From sequence record OZ035797.1: 43,709 bases of DNA; one strand, written 5' to 3'. The DNA comes from Vectrevirus T147P1. Positions 1-8,842 of this stretch are shown piece after piece. Every line of letters begins with the position of its first letter. The stretch's first letter is position 1. The position numbers were made by a program, and so were the translations under genes. Under the pieces are notes generated by a model, which had not been told where the DNA came from, did no database searches, and was given only the letters and a program-made list of their open reading frames with translations.

Positions 1-29
1 TAATAAGTTCAAGATTTGGAGAGAGAAGC

Positions 30-329
30 GTGAGCGTACACAATAAACATGCAGCTACAGAGGATGAGGTTGGCATTCTGCATGGTGCTATTACCAAAAT
101 CTTCAATAAGAAAGCACAGGCAATACTGGACACTATAGAAGAAGACCCTGATGCAGCATTACATTTAGTGTCTGGTAAGGATATTGGTGCGATGTGTAAG
201 TGGGTTCTTGATAACGGCATTACCGCCACACCTGCTGCACAGCAGGAAGAGTCCAAGTTATCTAAGCGCCTCAAGGCTATCCGAGAGGCATCCAGTGGTA
301 AGATAATTCAATTCACTAAGGAGGATTGA
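30..329 (+). CDS. terminase small subunit (gp18-like); true 5' end uncertain
   Basis: 99-aa ORF (GTG start) directly upstream of and overlapping the large terminase start; frame stays open back to window position 1; size and position match T7/SP6-like small terminase. Confidence 0.5.
   Translation: MSVHNKHAATEDEVGILHGAITKIFNKKAQAILDTIEEDPDAALHLVSGKDIGAMCKWVLDNGITATPAAQQEESKLSKRLKAIREASSGKIIQFTKED
124..144 (+). promoter_or_regulatory. partial phage-promoter-like sequence inside small terminase gene
   Basis: TACTGGACACTATAGAAGAAG matches consensus from -15 to +6 but lacks the upstream ATT. Confidence 0.3.
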
Positions 330-2227
330 TGGCTAAGGCAAGAGAATCACAAGCGGAGGCTCTTGCCAGATGGGAGATGCTACAGGAGTTACAGCAGACC
401 TTTCCTTACACAGCGGAAGGTTTGCTTCTCTTTGCAGATACAGTTATTCATAACTTAATTGCAGGCAACCCTCATCTGATTCGTATGCAGGCGGATATCT
501 TGAAGTTCCTATTTTACGGACACAAGTACCGCCTCATCGAAGCGCCTCGTGGTATCGCTAAGACAACACTATCAGCAATCTATACGGTATTCCGTATTAT
601 TCATGAACCGCATAAGCGTATCATGGTTGTGTCCCAAAACGCCAAGCGAGCAGAGGAAATCGCAGGTTGGGTAGTTAAAATCTTCCGTGGCTTAGACTTT
701 CTTGAGTTTATGCTGCCGGATATCTACGCTGGGGACCGTGCATCCGTTAAGGCGTTTGAGATTCATTACACCCTACGTGGCAGTGATAAGTCTCCTTCTG
801 TATCATGTTACTCAATCGAAGCAGGTATGCAGGGTGCTCGTGCTGATATTATTCTAGCGGATGACGTAGAGTCGATGCAGAATGCTCGTACGGCAGCGGG
901 CCGTGCCTTGCTTGAGGAACTGACTAAGGAGTTTGAATCTATCAACCAGTTTGGGGATATCATTTACCTTGGTACACCTCAGAACGTAAACTCTATCTAC
1001 AACAACCTACCTGCTCGTGGTTACTCTGTTCGTATCTGGACTGCGCGTTACCCTTCAGTAGAGCAAGAGCAATGTTATGGCGACTTCCTTGCACCTATGA
1101 TTGTTCAAGATATGAAGGACAACCCAGCACTTCGCTCAGGGTACGGGTTGGATGGTAATAGTGGTGCACCTTGTGCCCCTGAAATGTATGATGATGAAGT
1201 CCTGATTGAGAAGGAAATCTCTCAGGGTGCTGCTAAGTTCCAGCTTCAGTTCATGCTTAACACTCGCATGATGGATGCTGACAGATACCCATTACGCCTG
1301 AACAATCTAATCTTCACCTCGTTTGGTACAGAGGAAGTCCCTGTGATGCCTACGTGGAGTAATGATTCCATAAACATCATTGGTGATGCACCTAAGTATG
1401 GTAACAAGCCTACGGATTTCATGTACAGACCTGTAGCTCGCCCATACGAATGGGGTGCTGTCTCCCGCAAGATTATGTATATTGACCCTGCGGGTGGTGG
1501 TAAGAACGGAGATGAGACGGGTGTAGCCATAGTATTCCTGCACGGCACATTCATTTATGTGTATCAGTGCTTTGGTGTACCTGGCGGATACCGAGAGTCG
1601 TCCCTGAATCGCATTGTGCAGGCCGCAAAGCAGGCGGGTGTTAAAGAGGTATTCATTGAGAAGAACTTTGGTCATGGCGCGTTTGAGGCGGTAATTAAGC
1701 CGTACTTTGAACGAGAGTGGCCTGTAACTCTGGAAGAGGATTACGCCACCGGACAGAAAGAGTTGCGTATCATTGAGACGCTGGAGCCGCTCATGGCAGC
1801 CCATAGGCTTATCTTCAATGCAGAGATGGTGAAGTCAGACTTTGAGTCGGTACAGCACTATCCGCTTGAACTACGCATGTCCTACAGTCTTTTCAATCAA
1901 ATGTCGAACATAACGATTGAGAAGAACAGCCTCCGGCACGATGACCGCCTAGACGCCCTGTATGGCGCTATACGGCAATTAACTTCTCAGATAGACTATG
2001 ACGAGGTTACACGGATTAATCGCCTCAGAGCGCAGGAGATGCGCGATTACATCCATGCTATGAACACACCTCATCTACGCAGGGCAATGCTATATGGAGA
2101 TTACGGTACTGAGCGAAGAGTGACCAACACTTCCGTAGCGATGCAGCAGCGAGTTTACGGACAGAACTACCGAAATAAATCGGCAAGCAGAAATACACTT
2201 TCTGCAAGGATTTCAAGGACTTATTAA
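326..2227 (+). CDS. terminase large subunit (gp19-like)
   Basis: 633-aa ORF; ATPase-like segment PRGIAKTT and acidic ILADDVES, nuclease-like segment YIDPAGGGKNGDETG; follows small terminase with 4-nt overlap. Confidence 0.9.
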   Translation: MMAKARESQAEALARWEMLQELQQTFPYTAEGLLLFADTVIHNLIAGNPHLIRMQADILKFLFYGHKYRLIEAPRGIAKTTLSAIYTVFRIIHEPHKRIMVVSQNAKRAEEIAGWVVKIFRGLDFLEFMLPDIYAGDRASVKAFEIHYTLRGSDKSPSVSCYSIEAGMQGARADIILADDVESMQNARTAAGRALLEELTKEFESINQFGDIIYLGTPQNVNSIYNNLPARGYSVRIWTARYPSVEQEQCYGDFLAPMIVQDMKDNPALRSGYGLDGNSGAPCAPEMYDDEVLIEKEISQGAAKFQLQFMLNTRMMDADRYPLRLNNLIFTSFGTEEVPVMPTWSNDSINIIGDAPKYGNKPTDFMYRPVARPYEWGAVSRKIMYIDPAGGGKNGDETGVAIVFLHGTFIYVYQCFGVPGGYRESSLNRIVQAAKQAGVKEVFIEKNFGHGAFEAVIKPYFEREWPVTLEEDYATGQKELRIIETLEPLMAAHRLIFNAEMVKSDFESVQHYPLELRMSYSLFNQMSNITIEKNSLRHDDRLDALYGAIRQLTSQIDYDEVTRINRLRAQEMRDYIHAMNTPHLRRAMLYGDYGTERRVTNTSVAMQQRVYGQNYRNKSASRNTLSARISRTY

Positions 2228-2247
2228 TTACTGGACACTATAGAAGG
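2226..2247 (+). promoter_or_regulatory. phage RNAP promoter (phiOR-like, overlaps terminase stop)
   Basis: AATTACTGGACACTATAGAAGG, match to the window-wide consensus. Confidence 0.7.
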
Positions 2248-2384
2248 AAGGCCCAGATAATAAGATAAAATAATAGGTAATATATAGGTTAACCTAGGTT
2301 ATATAGGTATGCCTTAGTATGGGTGTACTCCTGTACACCCTATTCCTTACTACCTTACTATATTTACATAATAGGAGAGAGACA

Positions 2385-2663
2385 ATGGCTAATGATTATA
2401 GTAGTCAACCATTAACAGGTAAGTCTAAGAGAAAGCAGGTACAACCTGTAAGTGAAGAACTAATGCTTCCGGTACTCAAAAAAGAGGAAGTTAGTAAGAA
2501 AAGCAATGTTATTAATGATGCCACCAAATCAGGTAAACAGAAAGGGGCCATGGTGTGCCTTGAAGTGGAAGGTGGTGTATTGAAGATTGCTATCGCGGTT
2601 GATGGCAAAGAAGATTCAGAGTGGAAGTTAGTAACAGTGGAACCAACTGTTAACCCAGTTTAA
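2385..2663 (+). CDS. hypothetical small protein, paralog A of tandem pair
   Basis: ATG at 2385 preceded by AGGAGAGAGA; shares SGKQKGAMVxLE...IAxA core with the next ORF; the track ORF from 2319 has a hydrophobic N-extension without SD. Confidence 0.5.
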   Translation: MANDYSSQPLTGKSKRKQVQPVSEELMLPVLKKEEVSKKSNVINDATKSGKQKGAMVCLEVEGGVLKIAIAVDGKEDSEWKLVTVEPTVNPV

Positions 2664-2681
2664 GATAAGGAGGAAGATTAC

Positions 2682-2972
2682 ATGGCTAAATATGGTACTA
2701 CAGGTTCTGTTACTGGTCAGGCTTTTCGAGTAAAAGCAGTACAAACTATTGCAACGGCAATCCCGATGCCTGTTGTTAAAGAAGCAGACCTTAAGAGTAA
2801 AGACCACCCTATCAACATCAAACATTTATCAGGTAAACAGAAAGGTGCAATGGTTGCTCTTGAGAAAGGTGACACAACCCTGCATATTGCTGTTGCACGT
2901 GGCAGTGAACCAACAGACCCTTGGGATGTAACTGGTAGGGAAGAGGAAGCTGTTACTCCAGCAGGGGTATAA
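2682..2972 (+). CDS. hypothetical small protein, paralog B of tandem pair
   Basis: ATG preceded by TAAGGAGGAAG; 96 aa; motif SGKQKGAMVALE shared with the upstream ORF. Confidence 0.55.
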   Translation: MAKYGTTGSVTGQAFRVKAVQTIATAIPMPVVKEADLKSKDHPINIKHLSGKQKGAMVALEKGDTTLHIAVARGSEPTDPWDVTGREEEAVTPAGV

Positions 2973-2974
2973 TA

Positions 2975-3319
2975 ATGCTTAATAAATACTTCAAGCGTAA
3001 AGAGTTTGCTTGCCGTTGTGGCTGCGGTGCATCCACTGTTGATGCTGAATTACTACAGGTAGTAACAGATGTGCGTGAGCACTTTGGTTCTCCTGTAGTT
3101 ATCACTTCGGGGCATCGCTGTGCTAAGCACAATGCTAATGTAGGAGGAGCTAAGAACTCCATGCATCTTACTGGTAAGGCTGCTGACATTAAGGTACGAG
3201 GCATCTTACCTTCTGATGTACATAAGTATCTTACTGATAAGTACCAAGGCAAATATGGGATTGGTAAGTATAACTCCTTTACTCATATTGATGTACGTGA
3301 CGGGTGTGCACGATGGTAG
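2975..3319 (+). CDS. endolysin, peptidase M15-type zinc peptidase (VanY / L-Ala-D-Glu peptidase-like)
   Basis: 114 aa; FACRCGCG, SGHRCAKHN, MHLTGKAAD and FTHIDVRD match the zinc-binding signature of small M15 phage endolysins. Confidence 0.8.
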   Translation: MLNKYFKRKEFACRCGCGASTVDAELLQVVTDVREHFGSPVVITSGHRCAKHNANVGGAKNSMHLTGKAADIKVRGILPSDVHKYLTDKYQGKYGIGKYNSFTHIDVRDGCARW

Positions 3320-3427
3320 GTTGTGTTGCATGGTGTGAACGCATGGTTGCTAAGGCTTCAGAGGAAGGCAACTATGAAGATTGGCAGAACTACTCAACTT
3401 TATTAGCTCAATGGAAAGGGAGATGCA

Positions 3428-3577
3428 ATGAAAAAGCTGTTCAAATCTAAGAAGGTTGTAGGTGCACTAGTTGCATTGGCAATTGCTCTTGTTTCTGTAG
3501 GTCTTGGTGTAGACCTTGGCTCTGGCACGGAATCCTCTGTGACAGACGTGGTCTGCCAAGTGATCACCTGTGAATAA
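3428..3577 (+). CDS. small membrane protein (49 aa), holin-like or antiholin candidate
   Basis: ATG after GGGAGA; MKKLFKSKK then hydrophobic VVGALVALAIALVSVGLGV; below the 60-aa track threshold; sits between endolysin and spanins. Confidence 0.3.
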   Translation: MKKLFKSKKVVGALVALAIALVSVGLGVDLGSGTESSVTDVVCQVITCE

Positions 3578-3791
3578 GTTTCTAGAAGTGCTGGCAGGTC
3601 TTATTGGCCTGCTTGTCTCTGCTAAGAAGAAACAAGAAGAGAAGGAGGCACAAAGTGAAGCGAATCATGTTAGTGACAATCCTGCTGATTGGTTCGCTGA
3701 CCACTTCCGGGTGTCAGCAGGCGTTACCAGAGAAAGCAATGGTGAAACCTCTGAGGCCGACGCTGACGGCAGTTTACGAGGTAGACGATAA
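3570..3791 (+). CDS. i-spanin-like protein (short, N-terminal TMD)
   Basis: 73-aa ORF with hydrophobic FLEVLAGLIGLLVSA then charged KKKQEEKEAQSE; contains the start of the o-spanin ORF in another frame; unusually short and lacks a clear SD. Confidence 0.35.
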   Translation: MNKFLEVLAGLIGLLVSAKKKQEEKEAQSEANHVSDNPADWFADHFRVSAGVTRESNGETSEADADGSLRGRR

Positions 3792-3864
3792 AGTCTGCTT
3801 CAGTAAGCCTGATGCTACAAAATTAGGTTTGTATATTCTTTCGCTAGAACGCGGATATAATTAA
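3655..3864 (+). CDS. o-spanin outer-membrane lipoprotein (Rz1-like), overlapped architecture
   Basis: GTG at 3655 after GAAGGAGG; MKRIMLVTILLIGSLTTSGC gives a signal peptide plus lipobox Cys; starts inside the i-spanin ORF out of frame and extends past it. Confidence 0.5.
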   Translation: MKRIMLVTILLIGSLTTSGCQQALPEKAMVKPLRPTLTAVYEVDDKVCFSKPDATKLGLYILSLERGYN

Positions 3865-3893
3865 TACATAGCTTTATGTATCAGTGTCTTACG

Positions 3894-3916
3894 ATTTACT
3901 GGACACTATAGAAGAG
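3894..3916 (+). promoter_or_regulatory. phage RNAP promoter upstream of tailspike 1
   Basis: ATTTACTGGACACTATAGAAGAG exact consensus. Confidence 0.75.
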
Positions 3917-3995
3917 GTAAGATAGCGCCGTTCTTTTGAGCGGCCTATTACTAGCCAATCTTCATGGTGAGGGTTGGAAAGTAATAGGAGGTTTA

Positions 3996-5888
3996 ATGGC
4001 AAGATTAACTCGCCCTGTTAGTGTATTTAATAGTCTGATGGATATTACTTACCCATGCTCCACTGATGGTGGTAAAGCGGAACTACTACAGGTTATACCC
4101 GGACGTATGTCTGGTGGTGGTATCCTACTTTGGGACGCCAGTATGCCTCAGTCCAATCATAATGGTATTACCATCCTCAGCCCTGAAGCTAAATGGGATG
4201 GTACTCTAGAAGGTTTTAAGGCCTATAGGGAAAGTGGAGGGACTGGCAATGGTTGCTGGGTTCGACCACGCAAAGGTACTGATCTGATGGCATCTTGGGC
4301 TGGTGTTGACACAGACGGGGACTGGATTGCGGATGAGCCACTTATGGCGCTGTGTCAGATTGCACATACACAACGTCGTAATATACGCATAGACTCTGGT
4401 GCTGTCATTCGTTGCGGTTTCACAACTCCGATTTTTCAGCAAGACAAGCACAACATTCTATCTCAAACATCTTTTGTATTACGTGGTTTAAAGAACTTCT
4501 CCATATATGCTGAGCAAGATGCAGAGATAATCACAGACCACCCTGTACATCGTGAGCGTACAGTATTCTTCTTGGACGGTTGCGATAAGGTTACAATTTC
4601 TGGTCTTAAGTTTAATTCTGATTTCAGCGATTATTCTTTCGAACCTAATAGTCCCTATGAGCACCATATCAATGAACACTGGTTAGGTGTAGTTGCAGAG
4701 GCTTGTGGTACTGTTGAGGTTCGCAGATGTATGTTCAATGCACCTCAGTTTGCTGTAAAGGCCGACTGTTTTAATAGAACAGACGGTAGGTGGAATGACA
4801 CAGTTGCAGTAAAAGATTGTTTCTTCCAGTATGCTACAAACTATTGCTTTTTATCACGTAAGTTACGACATTACATCTTCTCTGATAATGAAGTAAGATT
4901 TAATGGACGTAAGTGGCATACATATGGAGAGGCTTGTGCTCCTACTACCTATACTGAGAATCAGATTATCACTCGTAACCGTTTCATAGATCAGATTGCT
5001 GGTCAAAGCTGTATAACTCCTGGTTCTTATGCTAAGCAAGTACTTATTTCAGATAACTTCTGTCAACGTAGTAATGGTATCTTTGTTGAGATAGGCAGTG
5101 CTAGTAATATTAATATTCTTAACAACGTCTCCAAATCTACAGGTGAACGCATCGTCCACGGAAGTGATAAGTATGCAGGAACTACACACATCCTTCTAGT
5201 ATCTGGGGCAGTTGATGATGAACCTGCTGGTGGGCTAAGTAATATCTTGATTCAAGGTAATAACTTCCAAGGCGGTGGTTATGCTTTACAAGAGTACAAT
5301 ACAGGCATCCCTATTCGTCGCGGGTTGGATATTCTTAATAACCACCTTGTAGACTGTATTCCACCAGCCTGTACTAACCAATCCTTTAAGTATATTAGGG
5401 TAGAAGGTAACTACATCCAAGCACCGGATGATTACCCAGATATGGCTATTGCAGGTCAACACCCTATTATCAAGGATAATGTCCTTATCGGTGTGCGATT
5501 GAGGGCTAGAGATTTAGGTTATACTGTTGTAGGGTTAAAAGTAATAGGTAATACTTTTACTGCAAATAGTGTAGCATCTAAGTTCCCTGCACTGATAGAC
5601 TACACTGATCTAGAAGATCTTGAAGCTTATGACAACGCAGCAGGTATTCAGGCATCTTATGATAGCTTTATAGTAGCACCTGATAACTGTAATAAAATTA
5701 GCTTTATGAAAGTCGGTATGGTTGAAGGTTTTACACAGACACCAGCAGTGGTTTATGGTAGTAAGTTGCAAGAACAGAAGGCAGGTGCGATTATTGGCAA
5801 TAGTGCACCTGGGTCTGTACATGGTTGTGCTGCATTCGTGAGTACTTCTAGTGGTGGTTGGGGTTTTATAAACTACGTTCCCGCATAA
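3996..5888 (+). CDS. tailspike protein 1, predicted beta-helix polysaccharide depolymerase; no T7 gp17 N-terminal adaptor domain
   Basis: ATG at 3996 after AGGAGG; ~630 aa with repetitive N/G/I/V-rich segments typical of right-handed beta-helix tailspikes; located after terminase as in SP6/K1-5-type phages. Confidence 0.65.
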   Translation: MARLTRPVSVFNSLMDITYPCSTDGGKAELLQVIPGRMSGGGILLWDASMPQSNHNGITILSPEAKWDGTLEGFKAYRESGGTGNGCWVRPRKGTDLMASWAGVDTDGDWIADEPLMALCQIAHTQRRNIRIDSGAVIRCGFTTPIFQQDKHNILSQTSFVLRGLKNFSIYAEQDAEIITDHPVHRERTVFFLDGCDKVTISGLKFNSDFSDYSFEPNSPYEHHINEHWLGVVAEACGTVEVRRCMFNAPQFAVKADCFNRTDGRWNDTVAVKDCFFQYATNYCFLSRKLRHYIFSDNEVRFNGRKWHTYGEACAPTTYTENQIITRNRFIDQIAGQSCITPGSYAKQVLISDNFCQRSNGIFVEIGSASNINILNNVSKSTGERIVHGSDKYAGTTHILLVSGAVDDEPAGGLSNILIQGNNFQGGGYALQEYNTGIPIRRGLDILNNHLVDCIPPACTNQSFKYIRVEGNYIQAPDDYPDMAIAGQHPIIKDNVLIGVRLRARDLGYTVVGLKVIGNTFTANSVASKFPALIDYTDLEDLEAYDNAAGIQASYDSFIVAPDNCNKISFMKVGMVEGFTQTPAVVYGSKLQEQKAGAIIGNSAPGSVHGCAAFVSTSSGGWGFINYVPA

Positions 5889-5894
5889 TCACAA

Positions 5895-5918
5895 GGCAGT
5901 GCGTAAGCACTGCTTTTC
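5895..5918 (+). terminator. intrinsic terminator-like hairpin between the two tailspike genes
   Basis: GCAGTGC-GTAA-GCACTGC (7-bp stem, GNRA loop) followed by TTTT. Confidence 0.5.
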
Positions 5919-5973
5919 ACGCAACTTTTCTTAAAGGTTATCATGGTGGTAGCCTTTCAGAAAAGGAGGTTAC

Positions 5974-7686
5974 ATGCTTCAAAGATTAAGTGCTTACTTG
6001 GTGAAGTACAAGAGTAAACTAACAGGTACTATTGAGCGCCTGCTATCTGATAAACTATCGGATACAATAGATGTTGCGGATTTTGGAGTTAATCCATCTT
6101 CTAATGACAACAGGCAAGCCCTTCAAGCTGCATTCAATGCGGTCAGATTTCTAGGCGGAGGTACTGTATCAGTCACTAAAGCTGGCGAATATAAACTCAG
6201 TGGTACTGTTGAGATATTTGCTAATACACACTTCAAGGTTGCTAAAGGTGTAACATTTGTACGTGACTACGAAACAGGAGATACGCTATTCAGATTATCA
6301 CAAGGGCAAGCTAGTAATGTAACAGTCAGTGGAGGTGTCTATGAAGGCAATGGTCACATTAAAGGAGATACACCTTTTGTAGTATTTGCATCTACTAGTA
6401 ATAATGATTTGAAGTTTGAAGGCATAACAGTTAACAATGTAGTGGACTACCACGCCATAGATTTAGCAGATTGGAACAACGTAGTTATTCGTGATTGTAA
6501 GTTCCTAGGGTTTAAGAATACAGGCAGTCGTAACTTCTCAGAGGCTATACAGTTAGACCCAGGACTTATTACAGTAGGTCGCTATGTGCAGTCTAGTGGT
6601 TTACTGGTAGAGAATTGCTATGCTGGCCCAAACCTTGATTCTGGATTTGGCGGGTATGGTGCTCTAGTAGGAAATCATGCATCAGCTTATGGTGTTCAAG
6701 ATAACAACATTAGAATCCTAAATTGCACTACAGATGGTGCGCTCTTTGCAGGTGTACGTGTATTTAACTGGAAAAACTGGACAGTACGTGGTTGCACCTT
6801 TAGAAACTCTAATGCAAGAGGTGTTCATGTTACACCTGTCTCCTCTCAAACTAAACCGCAAGGAACTCGACAAGGCAGTGTTGTAGATTGTACTTTTGAT
6901 GGCGTAAGAACACCAGTGCTAATTGCGGCACCATCTTGGCCTTTTACCGATATTAGTGACATTTGGCATGACCATATTGAAATTTCTAATAATACTATGA
7001 TCCTCACAGAGGATGTATCCTATGGTGTAGATGCAAGGTGGTGTAAGAATTTAATTGTAAAAGGTAATACAGGCTCTGGTGGCTTAGGGTTAATCGGTTT
7101 ACGCTTTGGGACAAAATACCACATCGAAGGTAATACTTGGGAAAACGGAAGAGGTAGTGGGATTTGGTTAGGTGAGTCTGATGCTGCTACATTCATTGGT
7201 ACTGGCTTATCGGGCGAAGGTATACTTAGTCGTAATATCCTCTCTAAATTAGGGCAATATGGTATTCATGTAAACTGCAAGGTTGGCGGTCTAGTGATTA
7301 AGGCTAATAATATGAAGGAAGTATCTACAGCTGAAGCAGGTAGGCACTTCATTAGCATAGACACAGGAGCTAACAACATCCTAGTAGAAGGTAATATTGG
7401 AGTAGATGGAGAAAGCCCTAACAAGCCAAGCCTTGGTATTCGTGTTACTTCTTCTTGCTCCAATATTAAACTAATTGGCAATGATTGCTATGGTACGCAA
7501 GCACCTCAGAATAACCAAGGAGTCGGTTCTAGTACGGTGATTGTTTATGGACTAAATGGTAACCCTACAACTTTAGGCGTAGGTGCACCTGTAGGCTCTT
7601 TAGCAACTGATATCAATGGGTCTGGTGGTAGTACATTGTACGTTAAAGAATCTGGTACATCTGCTCAAGGTTGGGTTGCAAAGTAG
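5974..7686 (+). CDS. tailspike protein 2, pectate-lyase-like beta-helix depolymerase
   Basis: 570 aa after AAAAGGAGG; N-terminal IDVADFGVNPSSNDNRQALQAAF resembles the pectate-lyase-3 motif of capsule depolymerases; Gly/Asn-rich repeats. Confidence 0.75.
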   Translation: MLQRLSAYLVKYKSKLTGTIERLLSDKLSDTIDVADFGVNPSSNDNRQALQAAFNAVRFLGGGTVSVTKAGEYKLSGTVEIFANTHFKVAKGVTFVRDYETGDTLFRLSQGQASNVTVSGGVYEGNGHIKGDTPFVVFASTSNNDLKFEGITVNNVVDYHAIDLADWNNVVIRDCKFLGFKNTGSRNFSEAIQLDPGLITVGRYVQSSGLLVENCYAGPNLDSGFGGYGALVGNHASAYGVQDNNIRILNCTTDGALFAGVRVFNWKNWTVRGCTFRNSNARGVHVTPVSSQTKPQGTRQGSVVDCTFDGVRTPVLIAAPSWPFTDISDIWHDHIEISNNTMILTEDVSYGVDARWCKNLIVKGNTGSGGLGLIGLRFGTKYHIEGNTWENGRGSGIWLGESDAATFIGTGLSGEGILSRNILSKLGQYGIHVNCKVGGLVIKANNMKEVSTAEAGRHFISIDTGANNILVEGNIGVDGESPNKPSLGIRVTSSCSNIKLIGNDCYGTQAPQNNQGVGSSTVIVYGLNGNPTTLGVGAPVGSLATDINGSGGSTLYVKESGTSAQGWVAK

Positions 7687-7695
7687 TAGGATTGC

Positions 7696-7845
7696 ATGCC
7701 AATAATCAAATCAGTTAAGCAAAGTGCTGTACGCCAGAACACAGAAGAGCTTATTCAATCAGGCCGTGACCCTAAGCAAGCTTATGCCATTGCCAAGGGT
7801 GTACAACGTCGTGCCTTGAAGAAACCTTCTGCATCTTCTGCGTAA
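7696..7845 (+). CDS. hypothetical small basic protein (49 aa)
   Basis: ATG 10 nt after tailspike 2 stop; MPIIKSVKQSAVRQNTEELIQSGRDPKQAYAIAKGVQRRALKKPSASSA; weak SD. Confidence 0.3.
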   Translation: MPIIKSVKQSAVRQNTEELIQSGRDPKQAYAIAKGVQRRALKKPSASSA

Positions 7846-7849
7846 GCAG

Positions 7850-8700
7850 GTTAATATCTTAGTGTACACAAGGGCAGACCTAGGTTTGCTCTTAGTGTAT
7901 TTACAATGGAGGTCTTATGTATATACCTATTGAAGCAATAGTAGGTTGCCTATGTTTGTTGATAGGTTTCGTTATAGGCGTAATAGCAAAGCCTTAGTAC
8001 TGTACAAGGATTAACCAAAGTCAAAATTTTGATATAGGCGTGTGTCAGCTCTCTCGCCCTCGCCCTCGCCGGGTTGTCCCCATATGGGGTCGGTCGGCGG
8101 TTGACCTAGGAATTTGGCGGGGCGGGTCCGTCTTCAACCTGCTGCCGCAGGAAGCTCGACGGGTGGGCGAGGGCTTGCCTTGTACTCGCTTAGTGGTACA
8201 CAAGGAGAACGCCTAGGAAGCGCTAGGGCACGCCTTAGTATTGGACAAGGTGATTGCCTTAGTTCAACCGCTTAGAGCTTACACGGGCCGTTTTAGGGCC
8301 ATTCCTGAGCGTTTGACAGGGTGTGAGGGCGTGGGCTATCTGTTCGTTTCGTTCACTCCGCTTGCGCTACGTTCACTCGCTCACGTGTACCTTAGGTTAT
8401 TCCTTGATGGATAGCTTAGGTTAGCCTTAGTGGATTACCTTAGTTAAAGCCTTAGTGCTTCACTTAGTATCAGCTTAGTAGTGTACCTTAGTAAGTATTA
8501 GTGTCTTCTCTTAGTGATTGCACATGCAAGCATGTAAGATGCCATTAGGTCGCGGTCGGTAGACCGCTAAAGAAGGAGAATAGTAATAAGATGCAGTAGG
8601 AGGAACACCCGAAACCTAGCCAACCTAGCCTATCCTAGCTCTGTATCTATTGCTTTTCCTTAGTCTAACATGTGAGACAACCTAGATTTATCTTAGTGAT
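7850..8700. repeat. genome terminus-like non-coding region with short repeats
   Basis: no long ORF; two copies of CTTAGTG(G)TACACAAGG near 7859 and 8189; GC-rich island with CTCGCC x3 (8053-8070) and CCCCATATGGGG (8078-8089); >10 copies of CCTTAGT/GCTTAG within 8230-8520; resembles the T7 left-end architecture. Confidence 0.5.
8664..8679. repeat. degenerate copy of the palindromic hairpin family
   Basis: GTCTAACATGTGAGAC, one substitution from the GTCTCACATGTGAGAC palindrome. Confidence 0.35.
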
Positions 8701-8712
8701 GATATCTTAGTG

Positions 8713-8741
8713 TTGACAAGGCCATCTCAATATAATACTAT
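8713..8741 (+). promoter_or_regulatory. host sigma70-like early promoter candidate
   Basis: TTGACA, 17-nt spacer, TACTAT; position corresponds to T7 early promoters near the left end. Confidence 0.45.
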
Positions 8742-8842
8742 TCATCACGTAGGCAGCACTGAGGTGCTTAGTAGCCAGCTAGTAAGGCATACGAAGAGAC
8801 TAGCGCTTACATTGCTCTTTAACAATTTGCTTAGTGTAACCT

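Noticed and set aside
3604-3666. First ATG of the o-spanin ORF giving a poly-basic N-terminus (RRNKKRRRHKVKR)
   Set aside because: There is no SD and the N-terminus is implausible; the GTG at 3655 behind GAAGGAGG gives a canonical lipoprotein signal peptide instead.
8230-8520. Possible CRISPR array suggested by repeated CCTTAGT units
   Set aside because: The repeat units are only 6-7 bp, irregularly spaced and imperfect, with no 25-40 bp repeat/spacer periodicity and no cas genes; they are read as terminus-associated short repeats.
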